From Deferribacterales bacterium (GTDB taxonomy: Bacteria; Chrysiogenota; Deferribacteres; Deferribacterales; Geovibrionaceae), in contig JBFWJS010000006.1 in NCBI GenBank assembly GCA_050253075.1, forward strand, positions 1-64,000: a stretch of DNA of 64,000 nucleotides, read 5' to 3'. Shown piece by piece: positions 10,026-20,257 of the stretch. Every line of letters begins with the position of its first letter. Position 1 is the first letter of the stretch. The position numbers were made by a program, and so were the translations under genes. The notes below the pieces were generated by a model, which saw only the letters and a list, made by a program, of their open reading frames with translations, was not told the DNA's origin and made no database searches.

Positions 10026-10474
10026 TGATAAGAAAAGCCGTAATGGCGGATGCTAAAAACATCCAGAACCTTGTGAATACGTACGCAAAGGGGGGCGAGA
10101 TGCTCCCCCTTAGTATAAATGAAGTATATGAAAAAGTGCTCGAATTTGTCGTATGGGAAGATAACGGCACCATCGTCGGATGCTGTGCCATACACCCCAC
10201 ATGGGACGATCTGGCGGAGATACGCTCTGTCGCAGTGCATCCCGATGTGAAGAAACACGGGATAGGCAAAGCCCTTGTGGAAAGGTCTATCGAGACTGCC
10301 GCAAACCTCGGCATCACAAAAGTCTTCCTCCTCACATACGTTCCTGAGTTTTTCAGAAAGCTCGGGTTCTCTGAGGTAGAGAAGGAGATGCTTCCTAAAA
10401 AGATATGGTCCGACTGCCTGAAGTGCGCTAAGTTCCCCGACTGCGACGAAATAGCAATGATGAAGCAGTTATGA
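10025..10474 (+). CDS. GNAT N-acetyltransferase, short ArgA-like
   Basis: LAEIRSVAV, KHGIGKALV, LPKKIWSDCLKCAKFPDCDE. Confidence 0.8.
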   Translation: MIRKAVMADAKNIQNLVNTYAKGGEMLPLSINEVYEKVLEFVVWEDNGTIVGCCAIHPTWDDLAEIRSVAVHPDVKKHGIGKALVERSIETAANLGITKVFLLTYVPEFFRKLGFSEVEKEMLPKKIWSDCLKCAKFPDCDEIAMMKQL

Positions 10475-11790
10475 CCGATAAAATCCGCAAAATACTGGAT
10501 AGTTACGAAAAAGACTATGACAATATATCTGTCTATCTGGATTCGTCTGTTTCCAGAAATGTCCAGCTGGACGGGGCAGAGCTGGAGACATCCGGATATA
10601 AGAACGCCCGGAAGCTGATCATACGTGCCTCAAAGGACGGAAGAATGATCACTGCTGGATTCGGCGGAGTAGGCGAGGAAGCACTCGACGCTTTCCTCAA
10701 AGACGGTGTAAAGACCATAGGCAGCCTGCCTGCGGACGAGAACAGGTATATCCCTGCATACTCTGAAGCGGAAGGGAGCCTCGACATATACGATGAAGCG
10801 TTTGAAAATGCCACAGTGCCCGAGCTGATCAAAATAGCAGAAGCCGTCACGGCGTCCGCTATGGAGAGCGACTCAAGGGTTAAGGCTGTGAAGCAGTCGG
10901 GCGTTTCCGCATCCAGAAACGAAAGCATTATGATATCCACCGCAGGGCCTGTCATAAAGCGTCTTAAAACAAACTTTACCGCAGGGGCATACCTTATAGC
11001 CTCCGACGGCGAAGACGACAGAGACGGCTACGACAGCACATCTGAAACACATCTGGCAGATTTAGGCTATACTGCCGTCGGTGTCAATGCAGCAAGGAAC
11101 GCATGTTCGCTCCTCGGTGCGAAGCATATAGATACGGGTAAATACGAAGTCCTTTTTTCCGCTGACGTAATGGCGGAATTCATGGATCTAGTGCTGGAGC
11201 TGGTGGACGCTGAGAGCGTCTATAAAGGCGTCAGTATGCTGAAAGGCAGACTGGGGGATAAATGCGCATCGGATGCTTTCTGTGTGTATGACGACCCATG
11301 TGTGCTGAAAGGACGTTCGTCCAGACTGACAGACGACGAAGGGCAAAGATGTGAGAGGGTGGACATCTTCTCAGACGGAGTGCTTCGAAACTATCTGCAG
11401 AACAGCTATACGGCGAAAGCTCTGGGGATGAAGAATAATGCAAGAGGATTCATCGGAGGCGGAGGGAACCTTTCCGTAGGGACCACAAACGTCTTCCTGA
11501 AACCGACCACAGATAAAAAGCCTGAAAATGTCTGCCCAAACTGCCTTAAGATAACCGAAGTGATGGGCATGCACACCGCAGACCCTGTCAGCGGGGATTT
11601 CTCCGTGGGTGTATCAGGCATAGTTTTCATAGACGGAGAGGGCGCATACCCTTTCAAAGAGGCTGTACTGTCGGGCAATCTGGCGGATCTGCTCAGCGGA
11701 GCCGTACACATATTTGACAACAGCCGTACTTTCGGGAATATTACTACATCTGACACATTATTTGATAAAATGACTGTCAGCGGAGTTTAA
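10471..11790 (+). CDS. TldD/PmbA family protein (PmbA-like)
   Basis: DDP..DDEG motif, GMHTADPVSGDFSVG, AVLSGNL, C-terminal VSG. Confidence 0.85.
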   Translation: MTDKIRKILDSYEKDYDNISVYLDSSVSRNVQLDGAELETSGYKNARKLIIRASKDGRMITAGFGGVGEEALDAFLKDGVKTIGSLPADENRYIPAYSEAEGSLDIYDEAFENATVPELIKIAEAVTASAMESDSRVKAVKQSGVSASRNESIMISTAGPVIKRLKTNFTAGAYLIASDGEDDRDGYDSTSETHLADLGYTAVGVNAARNACSLLGAKHIDTGKYEVLFSADVMAEFMDLVLELVDAESVYKGVSMLKGRLGDKCASDAFCVYDDPCVLKGRSSRLTDDEGQRCERVDIFSDGVLRNYLQNSYTAKALGMKNNARGFIGGGGNLSVGTTNVFLKPTTDKKPENVCPNCLKITEVMGMHTADPVSGDFSVGVSGIVFIDGEGAYPFKEAVLSGNLADLLSGAVHIFDNSRTFGNITTSDTLFDKMTVSGV

Positions 11791-11796
11791 AATAAA

Positions 11797-12912
11797 ATGA
11801 TTATCGAAGATATTATCAATGAACTGAACGGACTGAAAAAGGAGATAAAGAGCTTTAAAACAGCCATGAACGAAGATGAGCTGATAAAAGCCATCGCAAA
11901 GGTGGACGAGCTGTCCATGAGCGACCCTAACTTCTGGAATAATAAAGAATCTAAAGCTATGCTGAAAGAGCAGGCGATAAATAAGAAAAAGCTCGAAGAG
12001 TGGAAAGACCTCACAGGGCTTTTAGACGATACTGAAGTGCTCATCGAACTCTTTAACGAAGGGGAAGAGGGGCTCGAAAAAGATATCGAGAACGGTATAC
12101 GCACTCTGGAAAAGAGGATATCAGACTTTGAGCTGAAACTCGTGCTTTCAGGGCAGAACGACGGCAACAGCGCCATCATCACCATCAACTCAGGTGCAGG
12201 CGGTACAGAGGCGAACGACTGGGCAGGCATGCTTTACCGTATGTATACCCACTACGCCGAGCGCAACGGATACAAATGCGACATCCTCGACTATATGGAA
12301 GGTGAAGAGGCGGGCATAAAGAACGCCACAATAAACATCAAAGGACCTTTCACATACGGATACCTCAAGGGCGAGACAGGCGTACACAGGCTTGTGCGTA
12401 TATCTCCTTTCGACTCTGCAAATAGACGCCACACGTCATTTGCGGCGGTATTTGTACTGCCTGAGATAGAGGACGACATAGAGATAGAGATAAGCGAAGC
12501 AGACCTCGAGATAGACACATACAGAGCGAGCGGTGCGGGCGGCCAGCACGTAAACACCACAGACTCTGCCGTGCGTATAACACACGTGCCTACGGGCATC
12601 GTAGTGACATGTCAGTCCGAGCGAAGCCAGCATAAGAACAAGGCTCACGCCATGAAGATCCTTAAATCAAGGCTCTATGAACACGAGCTGGCGAAAAAGA
12701 ACGAAGAGAAGCAGAAGCTCGAAGATTCTAAAACAGACATCGGCTGGGGAAACCAGATCCGCTCTTACGTTATGCATCCTTATAAGATGGTTAAAGACCT
12801 CCGTACAAGGCACGAGACAGGAAACGTGGACTCTGTGATGGACGGGAACCTCGACGCATTCATCAGGGCATATCTGCTCCACACAGCAGGGATAAGCACA
12901 AATGAACAGTAA
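11797..12912 (+). CDS. prfB: Peptide chain release factor 2 (uninterrupted frame)
   Basis: GAGGTEA, RISPFD (SPF), GAGGQHVN, WGNQIRSYV. Confidence 0.97.
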   Translation: MIIEDIINELNGLKKEIKSFKTAMNEDELIKAIAKVDELSMSDPNFWNNKESKAMLKEQAINKKKLEEWKDLTGLLDDTEVLIELFNEGEEGLEKDIENGIRTLEKRISDFELKLVLSGQNDGNSAIITINSGAGGTEANDWAGMLYRMYTHYAERNGYKCDILDYMEGEEAGIKNATINIKGPFTYGYLKGETGVHRLVRISPFDSANRRHTSFAAVFVLPEIEDDIEIEISEADLEIDTYRASGAGGQHVNTTDSAVRITHVPTGIVVTCQSERSQHKNKAHAMKILKSRLYEHELAKKNEEKQKLEDSKTDIGWGNQIRSYVMHPYKMVKDLRTRHETGNVDSVMDGNLDAFIRAYLLHTAGISTNEQ

Positions 12913-13993
12913 GCTGAAGGCTCTGCGCCCGACCTATGCAGAGATAGACCTGCCAGCTTTCGGCAGGAATCTGGAGACAGCCAGACAGGTTTCCGGCACT
13001 GATGTGATAGCGATAGTTAAGGCGGATGCCTACAGCCACGGCGAGCTGGAGGTATGCACATACGCATATACCCACCACAACTGTACTAAGTTTGCCGTTG
13101 CGACATTCCTCGAGGGACTCATCCTGAGAGAGCAGCTCGGCGACAACATCACCATCTTTGTGCTGGGATACATCGACCCGCTTTTTTACGAAGAGGCTTA
13201 TCAGCACAACCTTATCCTAACCATAAACGACCATGAGACGGCAGCCCATTATAATGAATTCCTTCAGAGGCATAATCTCGTGGCGGACGTCACCATAAAG
13301 ATAAATACGGGGATGAACAGGCTCGGCTTCCGCACGGATATGAACTGGTACGAGTTTACCGTTGCATATCCTGCTCTGCGCCCCATACACTACATGAGCC
13401 ACCTGTCCAGTTCGGACTCAGATAAAGAATATACGCTCCACCAGATAGAGGAATTTGATAATTTTCTTAAAAAAAACAAAGTCAAATGCCACACTAGTAT
13501 GTTAAACTCTTCGGGAATAGCGGGCTACGAGAACAAATTCTCGCTCTGCAGACCGGGCATCATGCTTTACGGATATCTCGACGGCGGGTTTGACGTTAAG
13601 CTGGAAAAGGTTATGCGCATTTATTCCCGCATAGTACAGATACAGTATCTCCACAAAGGCGAGCCTGTCAGCTATGGACAAAAGTATCATGCTGAAAAGG
13701 ACATGGCTATCGGCGTCGTGCCTATCGGATACGCAGACGGATATCCCAGATGTCTTTCTAATAAAGGCCATGTGTTTGTCGACGGTGTGAAGTGTAAAGT
13801 GATCGGAACTGTTTGTATGGATATGGTGATGGTAGACCTCACGGGGGTTGACCTGAACGGACCTCTGAAGGTAGAGGTGCTCGGCGACAATATCGACGCA
13901 GACGAGCTCGCAGAACTTGCGGGGACTATTTCATACGAGATTCTCACGGGGATACAGAACAGAATACCCCGAATATATATAGAGGGCAGGTGA
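12902..13993 (+). CDS. alr: Alanine racemase
   Basis: AIVKADAYSHG, TGMNRLG, GYADGYPR, CMD. Confidence 0.95.
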   Translation: MNSKLKALRPTYAEIDLPAFGRNLETARQVSGTDVIAIVKADAYSHGELEVCTYAYTHHNCTKFAVATFLEGLILREQLGDNITIFVLGYIDPLFYEEAYQHNLILTINDHETAAHYNEFLQRHNLVADVTIKINTGMNRLGFRTDMNWYEFTVAYPALRPIHYMSHLSSSDSDKEYTLHQIEEFDNFLKKNKVKCHTSMLNSSGIAGYENKFSLCRPGIMLYGYLDGGFDVKLEKVMRIYSRIVQIQYLHKGEPVSYGQKYHAEKDMAIGVVPIGYADGYPRCLSNKGHVFVDGVKCKVIGTVCMDMVMVDLTGVDLNGPLKVEVLGDNIDADELAELAGTISYEILTGIQNRIPRIYIEGR

Positions 13994-13997
13994 GTTA

Positions 13998-14768
13998 GTG
14001 GTAAGATTATTTGAATTTTTCGGCAGTCCGATACTCCGATTCATCAATACCACAGGCAGCATGGCGGTACTGTTTTTCGACACCATCAGGCTGTTTTTCA
14101 TCCCTCCGTTCCGTTTAAGGCTCCTTTTAAAACAGATCGAATTCATAGGCGCGAATTCCCTTTCCGTTATTGTCCTGACGGGCAGTTTCACGGGGATGGT
14201 GTTCGCCTTTCAGAGTTACATAGGCTTTCATAAATTTGGTGCCGAGCAGATAGTCGGTACCGTCGTCGCACTCGGAATGGCTCGTGAGCTGGGGCCTGTA
14301 CTGTCGGCTATTATGGTGGCTGCCCGTGCGGGTTCTGCTATCACTGCGGAGATAGGCACCATGAAGGTCACAGAGCAGGTGGACGCTCTGAACGCCCTTG
14401 CCGTAGACCCTGTGCAGTATCTCTTTGTGCCTCGCATACTCGCAGGCTTCATTGTTATGCCTATGCTGAATGCCATAGCGGTCTTCTGCGGTATGGTGGG
14501 CGGTTTCCTCGTCAGTATCACCGTGCTTGGGATAAACAAGACGCTTTACCTCGAATACATGTATCAATACATAGATTTCTCGGACTTTTTCAGCGGGATG
14601 GTGAAGGCTTTCGTCTTCGGCGGTATAGTCACACTTGTGGGATGCTATAAAGGCTATATGACCACAGGCGGTGCGGAAGGCGTTGGTAAGGCTACCACAG
14701 AGTCCGTTGTCCTCGCCTGTATACTGATACTTGTGTTCGACTATATACTGACTGCATTTATGTTCTAG
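13998..14768 (+). CDS. mlaE: MlaE family ABC permease
   Basis: RELGPVL, AEIGTMKVTEQVDAL, GGAEGVGKATT. Confidence 0.93.
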   Translation: MVRLFEFFGSPILRFINTTGSMAVLFFDTIRLFFIPPFRLRLLLKQIEFIGANSLSVIVLTGSFTGMVFAFQSYIGFHKFGAEQIVGTVVALGMARELGPVLSAIMVAARAGSAITAEIGTMKVTEQVDALNALAVDPVQYLFVPRILAGFIVMPMLNAIAVFCGMVGGFLVSITVLGINKTLYLEYMYQYIDFSDFFSGMVKAFVFGGIVTLVGCYKGYMTTGGAEGVGKATTESVVLACILILVFDYILTAFMF

Positions 14769-14867
14769 TGCCGAAGGGCACAGGCATTTTGCTTCTATCG
14801 GGGGCTTAGCCTCTCAGGAAGCTCATTTATAAAACAGCATCTGAGAAGCACCGGCTTCGATAATGCC
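14768..14867. other. Long imperfect intergenic hairpin between mlaE and mlaF
   Basis: GTGCC-gaag-GGCAC, then nested GGCATT/AATGCC, TATCG/CGATA and TCTCAG/CTGAGA pairings. Confidence 0.5.
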
Positions 14868-14887
14868 AATAGAGGGTACGCTGGTAC

Positions 14888-15643
14888 ATGGAATACGCAA
14901 TAGAATGCATCGACTTACATAAGAGCTTTGGAAAGCACAAGATCCATAAGGGGATAAACCTTAAGATCGTGAAGGGTGCGATAACCTACATCATAGGTCC
15001 TTCCGGTACGGGTAAATCCGTGCTTTTAAAGCAGCTCTGCGGGCTTATGCCCCCCACAAGCGGAAAAGTGTATGTGGACGGTGCAGACCTCACGGTTATG
15101 AAGCGTGACGAGCTGAAAGACATGCGTAAAAAGTTTGGCATACTGTTCCAGAATGCCGCTCTTTTCGACTCTATGAACGTACAGCAGAATGTCGCTTTCC
15201 CTCTGGTGGAGCATACAAAGAAGAATAAGGAAGAGATCGCAAAGATAGTTACGGAAAAGCTGAAACTGGTAGGTCTCAGAGATATAGAAGATAAGATGCC
15301 GTCTGAGCTCTCGGGCGGTATGCGTAAGAGGGTGGGGCTCGCCCGTGCCATAGCACTTGAGCCTGACATTATCCTTTACGATGAGCCGACGACAGGACTG
15401 GACCCTATCATGTGCGACGTGGTGGACAACCTCATCCACGACACACAGAAAGAGCTGGGGATCACATCCATCGTCATCTCACACGATATCGAGAGCACAT
15501 TAAAGATTGCTGACTATATAGCAATGCTTTACGACGGTAAGGTTGTGCTTTACGGCACAGCCGATGATTTTAAAAATACTGATAACCCTTATGTGAAGCA
15601 GTTTTTCTCCGCTTCCAAAGAGGGCCCGATAAAGATCATATAA
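14888..15643 (+). CDS. mlaF: MlaF family ABC ATPase
   Basis: GPSGTGKS, LSGGMRKRVGLARA, DEPTTGLDP. Confidence 0.93.
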   Translation: MEYAIECIDLHKSFGKHKIHKGINLKIVKGAITYIIGPSGTGKSVLLKQLCGLMPPTSGKVYVDGADLTVMKRDELKDMRKKFGILFQNAALFDSMNVQQNVAFPLVEHTKKNKEEIAKIVTEKLKLVGLRDIEDKMPSELSGGMRKRVGLARAIALEPDIILYDEPTTGLDPIMCDVVDNLIHDTQKELGITSIVISHDIESTLKIADYIAMLYDGKVVLYGTADDFKNTDNPYVKQFFSASKEGPIKII

Positions 15644-15654
15644 CGGAGCGCATT

Positions 15655-17286
15655 ATGAATTTCGGACTTGAAGCAAAAGTAGGGGTGTTCGTCGTCGGGT
15701 GCCTTGTGCTTATCAGCGCAATGTCACTCAGACTGGTGGACTTTTCATTTTCAGACAGCAAAGGCATCGAGATAACGACACAGCTGCAGGACGCCGCAGG
15801 GCTAACTGTTGACGCACCTGTTATCTACAGCGGTGTAGAGGTCGGTAAGGTAAAGGATATAAAGCTCGTCAGCGGTAAGGCCGTTGCCGATCTTCTGATA
15901 GATGAACAGTATGAACTGCCCGCAAACGTTAAGGTCCTTGTACGCTCCAAAGGATTCCTAGGCGAAAAGTATGCAGAGCTTAAAATGGTCGGCGCAGATG
16001 CTAACGGTACGCTTAAGGACGGCGCAACCATCACGGAGTCAGGCGAGATAACAGACTTCGACCAGCTGGGTAATAAGCTCGGTGATATCGCAGACGACGT
16101 AAAAGCTATCACGGCATCCCTCCGTCAGGTTCTGGCGACAGATCAGGCGAGGAACCAGATGTCCTCTACGCTGACAAATATCTCTGAAATAACAGATAAT
16201 GTAAATGTTCTGATAAAACAGAATCAGCAGAGCATAAACGCAATAGTGGCAAATATGGAAACACTGACAGGCAAGCTGAGCGAGATAACAGTAGCTAATC
16301 AGGACAACATAAACGCCATAGTAGCAAATATAAACGCCATCACGGCTGACCTGAGAACGCAGACACCGCTCATCGCAGAAAACCTGCGTGTGGTGACAGA
16401 CAGCCTGAAACAGGACGGCCCAACCATCGCAAAGAATGTGCGTAACATCACAGACGACTTTGACGATGTCATGAGCAGTCAGAAAGAAAATCTGAAAAAA
16501 GCTATCGAAAACATAGCAGTCGTTACTGGTAAACTGGAGCAGACTGTCGATAACCTTAATGATATCACAGGCAAGGTGAACAGCGGCGAAGGAACCATCG
16601 GCCGCCTTGTAAACGACGAAGATACAGTGGACAACCTCAACGGCGCTCTCACAGGGCTGAAGGACACACTGGGTAAGATAGATCAGTTCAAAGTCGACCT
16701 CGCATTCTCCGCAGAGAACTACGGCGAGACAGACAACAGCAAAGGCCACGTAAATGTTAAGATCACACCCGGATACCAGAGATATTACCTTCTCGGTCTC
16801 TCCAGTGATCAGAACGGTACAACCAGCACAACCACCACAGAGCTGAACAGACAGCCCACAAACGGCAGCAATGCCAACAGCGGTGAGGATGATATGTCCT
16901 ATTACGAAGAGAAAGAGGTCACAAACCCTGATGCACTCCTCTGGACACTCCAGTATGCGCACAGATTCTGGGACGATTTCTTCTTCCGTGTGGGTCTTAA
17001 AGAATCCGAGGCGGGCATTGGTCTCGACTATATGCCTTTCGACGGCGAGCACGAGAACAAGCTCGTATTCACAGCGGACGTTTTCGACTTTCCTGATAAT
17101 GACGAAGACAGAGAAGCGCATGCACAGGCTGCCGTCAGATATAAGTTTTATAAAAACCTCTTTATCTCAGCAGGTTATGACGACTTCCTTAACTCTGAGA
17201 CAGACTCTTGGTTTGTCGGAGCGGGTGTTGAATTCCGTGATGACGACCTGAAATACCTGTTAGGTAAAACACCACTGCCAAATTAA
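15655..17286 (+). CDS. mlaD: Long MCE/MlaD protein with helical stalk and C-terminal beta-rich domain
   Basis: N-terminal TM (EAKVGVF), MCE motifs GVEVGKV and GFLGEKY, about 200 aa of heptad-like repeats, amphipathic beta strands. Confidence 0.88.
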   Translation: MNFGLEAKVGVFVVGCLVLISAMSLRLVDFSFSDSKGIEITTQLQDAAGLTVDAPVIYSGVEVGKVKDIKLVSGKAVADLLIDEQYELPANVKVLVRSKGFLGEKYAELKMVGADANGTLKDGATITESGEITDFDQLGNKLGDIADDVKAITASLRQVLATDQARNQMSSTLTNISEITDNVNVLIKQNQQSINAIVANMETLTGKLSEITVANQDNINAIVANINAITADLRTQTPLIAENLRVVTDSLKQDGPTIAKNVRNITDDFDDVMSSQKENLKKAIENIAVVTGKLEQTVDNLNDITGKVNSGEGTIGRLVNDEDTVDNLNGALTGLKDTLGKIDQFKVDLAFSAENYGETDNSKGHVNVKITPGYQRYYLLGLSSDQNGTTSTTTTELNRQPTNGSNANSGEDDMSYYEEKEVTNPDALLWTLQYAHRFWDDFFFRVGLKESEAGIGLDYMPFDGEHENKLVFTADVFDFPDNDEDREAHAQAAVRYKFYKNLFISAGYDDFLNSETDSWFVGAGVEFRDDDLKYLLGKTPLPN

Positions 17287-17287
17287 T

Positions 17288-18070
17288 ATGAAGATAGATA
17301 TAGCTATATCAACATGCCCGAATGACACGTTCATTTTTGGAGCTATGCTGAACGAACAGATAAAATGTGAGCACAAATTCCACGCATATATGGACGATGT
17401 GCAGGTGCTGAACAGGATGGCGCTGAAAAACAGCTCCGACATCCTGAAAGTATCATACGGTGTCGTGCCAGACATCCTCGACAACTACCGCATACTTAAA
17501 TCAGGCGGCGCACTCGGCTTTGGCTGTGGTCCGCTCGTGGTCTCCAAAGAGGATAAAGATATCCGAACACTCCGCCGTATAGCCATCCCCGGTGTGAATA
17601 CCAGCGCATTCAGATTTTTCAAAATGTTCTACGGCGAAGATTTTCACTTCATACAGCTTCGGTTCGACATGATAATGCCGGCTGTCCTTTCAGGGGAGGT
17701 GGATGCAGGCGTAGTCATACACGAAGGACGCTTTGTATATCAGCAGATGGGGCTGCATAAGCTGTGCGACCTGGGGCAGATGTATGAGGAAAAGTTCAGG
17801 TCTCCGATACCTCTCGGGTGCATAGTGATATCAAAAAGTATCCTCTCAGAGGCCGATAAAATAAACTACACAATAAGAAAATCTATTGAATTTGCAGAAG
17901 AGAATTATGATCAGGTTCTTCCTTTTATCAGGGAGAACGCAATGGAACTGGACGATGATGTCATACGTCAGCATATAGAGCTGTATGTCAATGAATACAG
18001 CCATGACGTCACTCCTGCGATTCCGGCGTTGTGCAATTTTCTCGATGCCGATGAATCGGTTTTTGTTTAA
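17288..18070 (+). CDS. mqnD: 1,4-dihydroxy-6-naphthoate synthase (futalosine pathway)
   Basis: STCPNDTF, GGALGFGCGP, IHEGRF, PIPLG, HIELYVN. Confidence 0.9.
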   Translation: MKIDIAISTCPNDTFIFGAMLNEQIKCEHKFHAYMDDVQVLNRMALKNSSDILKVSYGVVPDILDNYRILKSGGALGFGCGPLVVSKEDKDIRTLRRIAIPGVNTSAFRFFKMFYGEDFHFIQLRFDMIMPAVLSGEVDAGVVIHEGRFVYQQMGLHKLCDLGQMYEEKFRSPIPLGCIVISKSILSEADKINYTIRKSIEFAEENYDQVLPFIRENAMELDDDVIRQHIELYVNEYSHDVTPAIPALCNFLDADESVFV

Positions 18071-18122
18071 TTATGTTATGTTGCAGATAAGTTAACTATC
18101 TGCTATTATCCCAACGGTAAAT

Positions 18123-20255
18123 ATGAAAAGAATTGAACTACTGCTCGGTATCAGCAACATCATCCTGAATGCCGACGACACAAACACAACACTGCAAAAG
18201 ATCGTGAAGTTCCTGAAAGAAGCTATAGAAAGCGATGTATGCTCGATATACCTCCTTGCAGGTTCTTCCAGAGAAAAGCTGGTACTCTCCGCTACTGAAG
18301 GACTAAGCGAAGGCGCCGTGGGGAATGTTTCCCTCGGGCTGAATGAGGGTCTCACCGGTCTCACATACACCAACAACCACTATACATTCATCAGAAACGC
18401 CACAGCGCATAAGCGCTTTCACTATTTCCCGGGCATCAACGAGGAGCCGTATAATACTTTCATCGGCATACCTCTGCGCAGCCGTACCCACGAATTCGGC
18501 GTTCTGGTTTTCCAGTTTTATAAAAACAAAAGAAACACCGAAACACTGAGAAAGCTTCTCCGTGCCGTTGCAGCGCAGGTTTCAGGACTCGTGCTTAAGC
18601 ACTATCTAATGCGCCATGAAGACGGCGAGCTCGTCTATGACAACACGGAAGAGCGCATAGAGGCAGGCGTTCCGCTTTCGAGCGGTATCGCTTTCGGAGA
18701 GCCTGTTATGGTTCTTGCAAAGCTGGTGGAGATGACACATCACCACGCATCCCCTGAAGAAGAACTTGAGTCCTTCCGAGGAGCTATGGCAAAGACCAGA
18801 GCAGACCTCGAAGAGCTGATAGACAAGATGTCCGCATCGAAAGAGAGCATCGCAACAAACATCTTCGAAACGCACCTTATGATGCTGAACGATGCCACTT
18901 TCAGAGACGACATCGAACAGCATGTTAAAGATAAAAAGAAGAGCGCATCATTCAGCGTTCGCCACGTAGCGGATAAGTATATACGCCGTTTCCGCTCCAT
19001 AAACGACGCATACCTGCGTGAGAGAGCCGCAGACATAGAGGACATCGCTTTCCGTCTGCTCGCACACCTCGGCGCAGTGTCGAAGGATACAGACCTCCGT
19101 GAAAACAGTGTCATCTTCGCAGACAGACTCACCCCGGGGGAAACTGCAACACTTGACCTTGAGCGTGTATGCAGCTTTGTCACTGAGAAAGACGGCGTAA
19201 CAAGCCACACGGCTATCCTCGCCAAAAGCAGGAAAATACCCGCCGTTACAGGCATTTCGAATATACATAATAAGGTCGAGGCGTGTGAAAGCGTCATCGT
19301 GGACGGATATGACGGACTGGTCATCTTCAACCCCACGGCTGAGACCATTGCAAAATATAAAGAAAAGCAGAACTCGAAAAAGCTCCCCGTGGAGGACAAA
19401 GAATACGCTTGTCGTAACCTTATCCTGCCAGACGGCTCAAGGGCTAAGTTCTATGCGAACGTTTCATCCGTTCTGGATTCTGAAAAGGCAGAGATGTTCT
19501 GCGCAGACGGCATCGGCCTTGTGCGTACAGAGATATTCTACCTTAGCAAAGAAGGCAAATGCAGCCTTGAGCAAAGGATAGAGACCTACAGAGGAATCCT
19601 CAGAGCATTTTCCCATAAGCCTGTTGTTTTCAGACTGCTGGACATCGGATCGGACAAAAAATCTGCATACGAAGCATTCGAAGACAACCCCGCACTGGGT
19701 AACAGAGGCGTTCGTCTGCTCCTCACCGATTATAAAGATATGCTGGTAAACCAGCTTACAGCCCTTATCAGACTGCATGAAGAGTATAAGAACGTGCGCA
19801 TACTAGTGCCTTTTGTCGCTGATGCAGAGGAGTATTTCAAAATACTAGAGATAGCCCGTGAAATAGCCAAAAGCGAAGGCTTGAACCTCCCTGAAATGGG
19901 CGTGATGCTTGAGATACCGTCACTTATATATCAGCTGGATAAATTCAAAGGGCATTGCCAGTTCTTCAGTATCGGGACAAACGACATGTTCCAGTACTTC
20001 TTCGCCCTCGACAGAGGAAACCCGAAGGTAAGCTCGCTTTATAAGCCTGATAATGTCTCATTTATCAACCTTTTAAAACGTATCCTCGAAAAGGCGAACG
20101 AGATAAATATCCCCGTTGAGATATGCGGTGAGATGGCTGCCGATCCTGAGATGCTGATAAAGCTGATAAAGATAGGCTACAGAGATTTCAGCGTTAGCCC
20201 CTATGCTATCAACGAGCTGAAATATCACCTGCAAAAGACTGAAATTCAACTTTAA
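18123..20255 (+). CDS. ptsP: PEP-protein phosphotransferase with N-terminal GAF domain (EI-Ntr)
   Basis: GAF, YLRERAADI, TSHTAILA, GIGLVRTE, SIGTND, ICGEMA. Confidence 0.9.
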   Translation: MKRIELLLGISNIILNADDTNTTLQKIVKFLKEAIESDVCSIYLLAGSSREKLVLSATEGLSEGAVGNVSLGLNEGLTGLTYTNNHYTFIRNATAHKRFHYFPGINEEPYNTFIGIPLRSRTHEFGVLVFQFYKNKRNTETLRKLLRAVAAQVSGLVLKHYLMRHEDGELVYDNTEERIEAGVPLSSGIAFGEPVMVLAKLVEMTHHHASPEEELESFRGAMAKTRADLEELIDKMSASKESIATNIFETHLMMLNDATFRDDIEQHVKDKKKSASFSVRHVADKYIRRFRSINDAYLRERAADIEDIAFRLLAHLGAVSKDTDLRENSVIFADRLTPGETATLDLERVCSFVTEKDGVTSHTAILAKSRKIPAVTGISNIHNKVEACESVIVDGYDGLVIFNPTAETIAKYKEKQNSKKLPVEDKEYACRNLILPDGSRAKFYANVSSVLDSEKAEMFCADGIGLVRTEIFYLSKEGKCSLEQRIETYRGILRAFSHKPVVFRLLDIGSDKKSAYEAFEDNPALGNRGVRLLLTDYKDMLVNQLTALIRLHEEYKNVRILVPFVADAEEYFKILEIAREIAKSEGLNLPEMGVMLEIPSLIYQLDKFKGHCQFFSIGTNDMFQYFFALDRGNPKVSSLYKPDNVSFINLLKRILEKANEINIPVEICGEMAADPEMLIKLIKIGYRDFSVSPYAINELKYHLQKTEIQL

Positions 20256-20257
20256 AA

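Noticed and set aside
16039..17121. 360-aa minus-strand ORF
   Set aside because: Antisense shadow of mlaD; no motifs, composition explained by codon bias of the real gene
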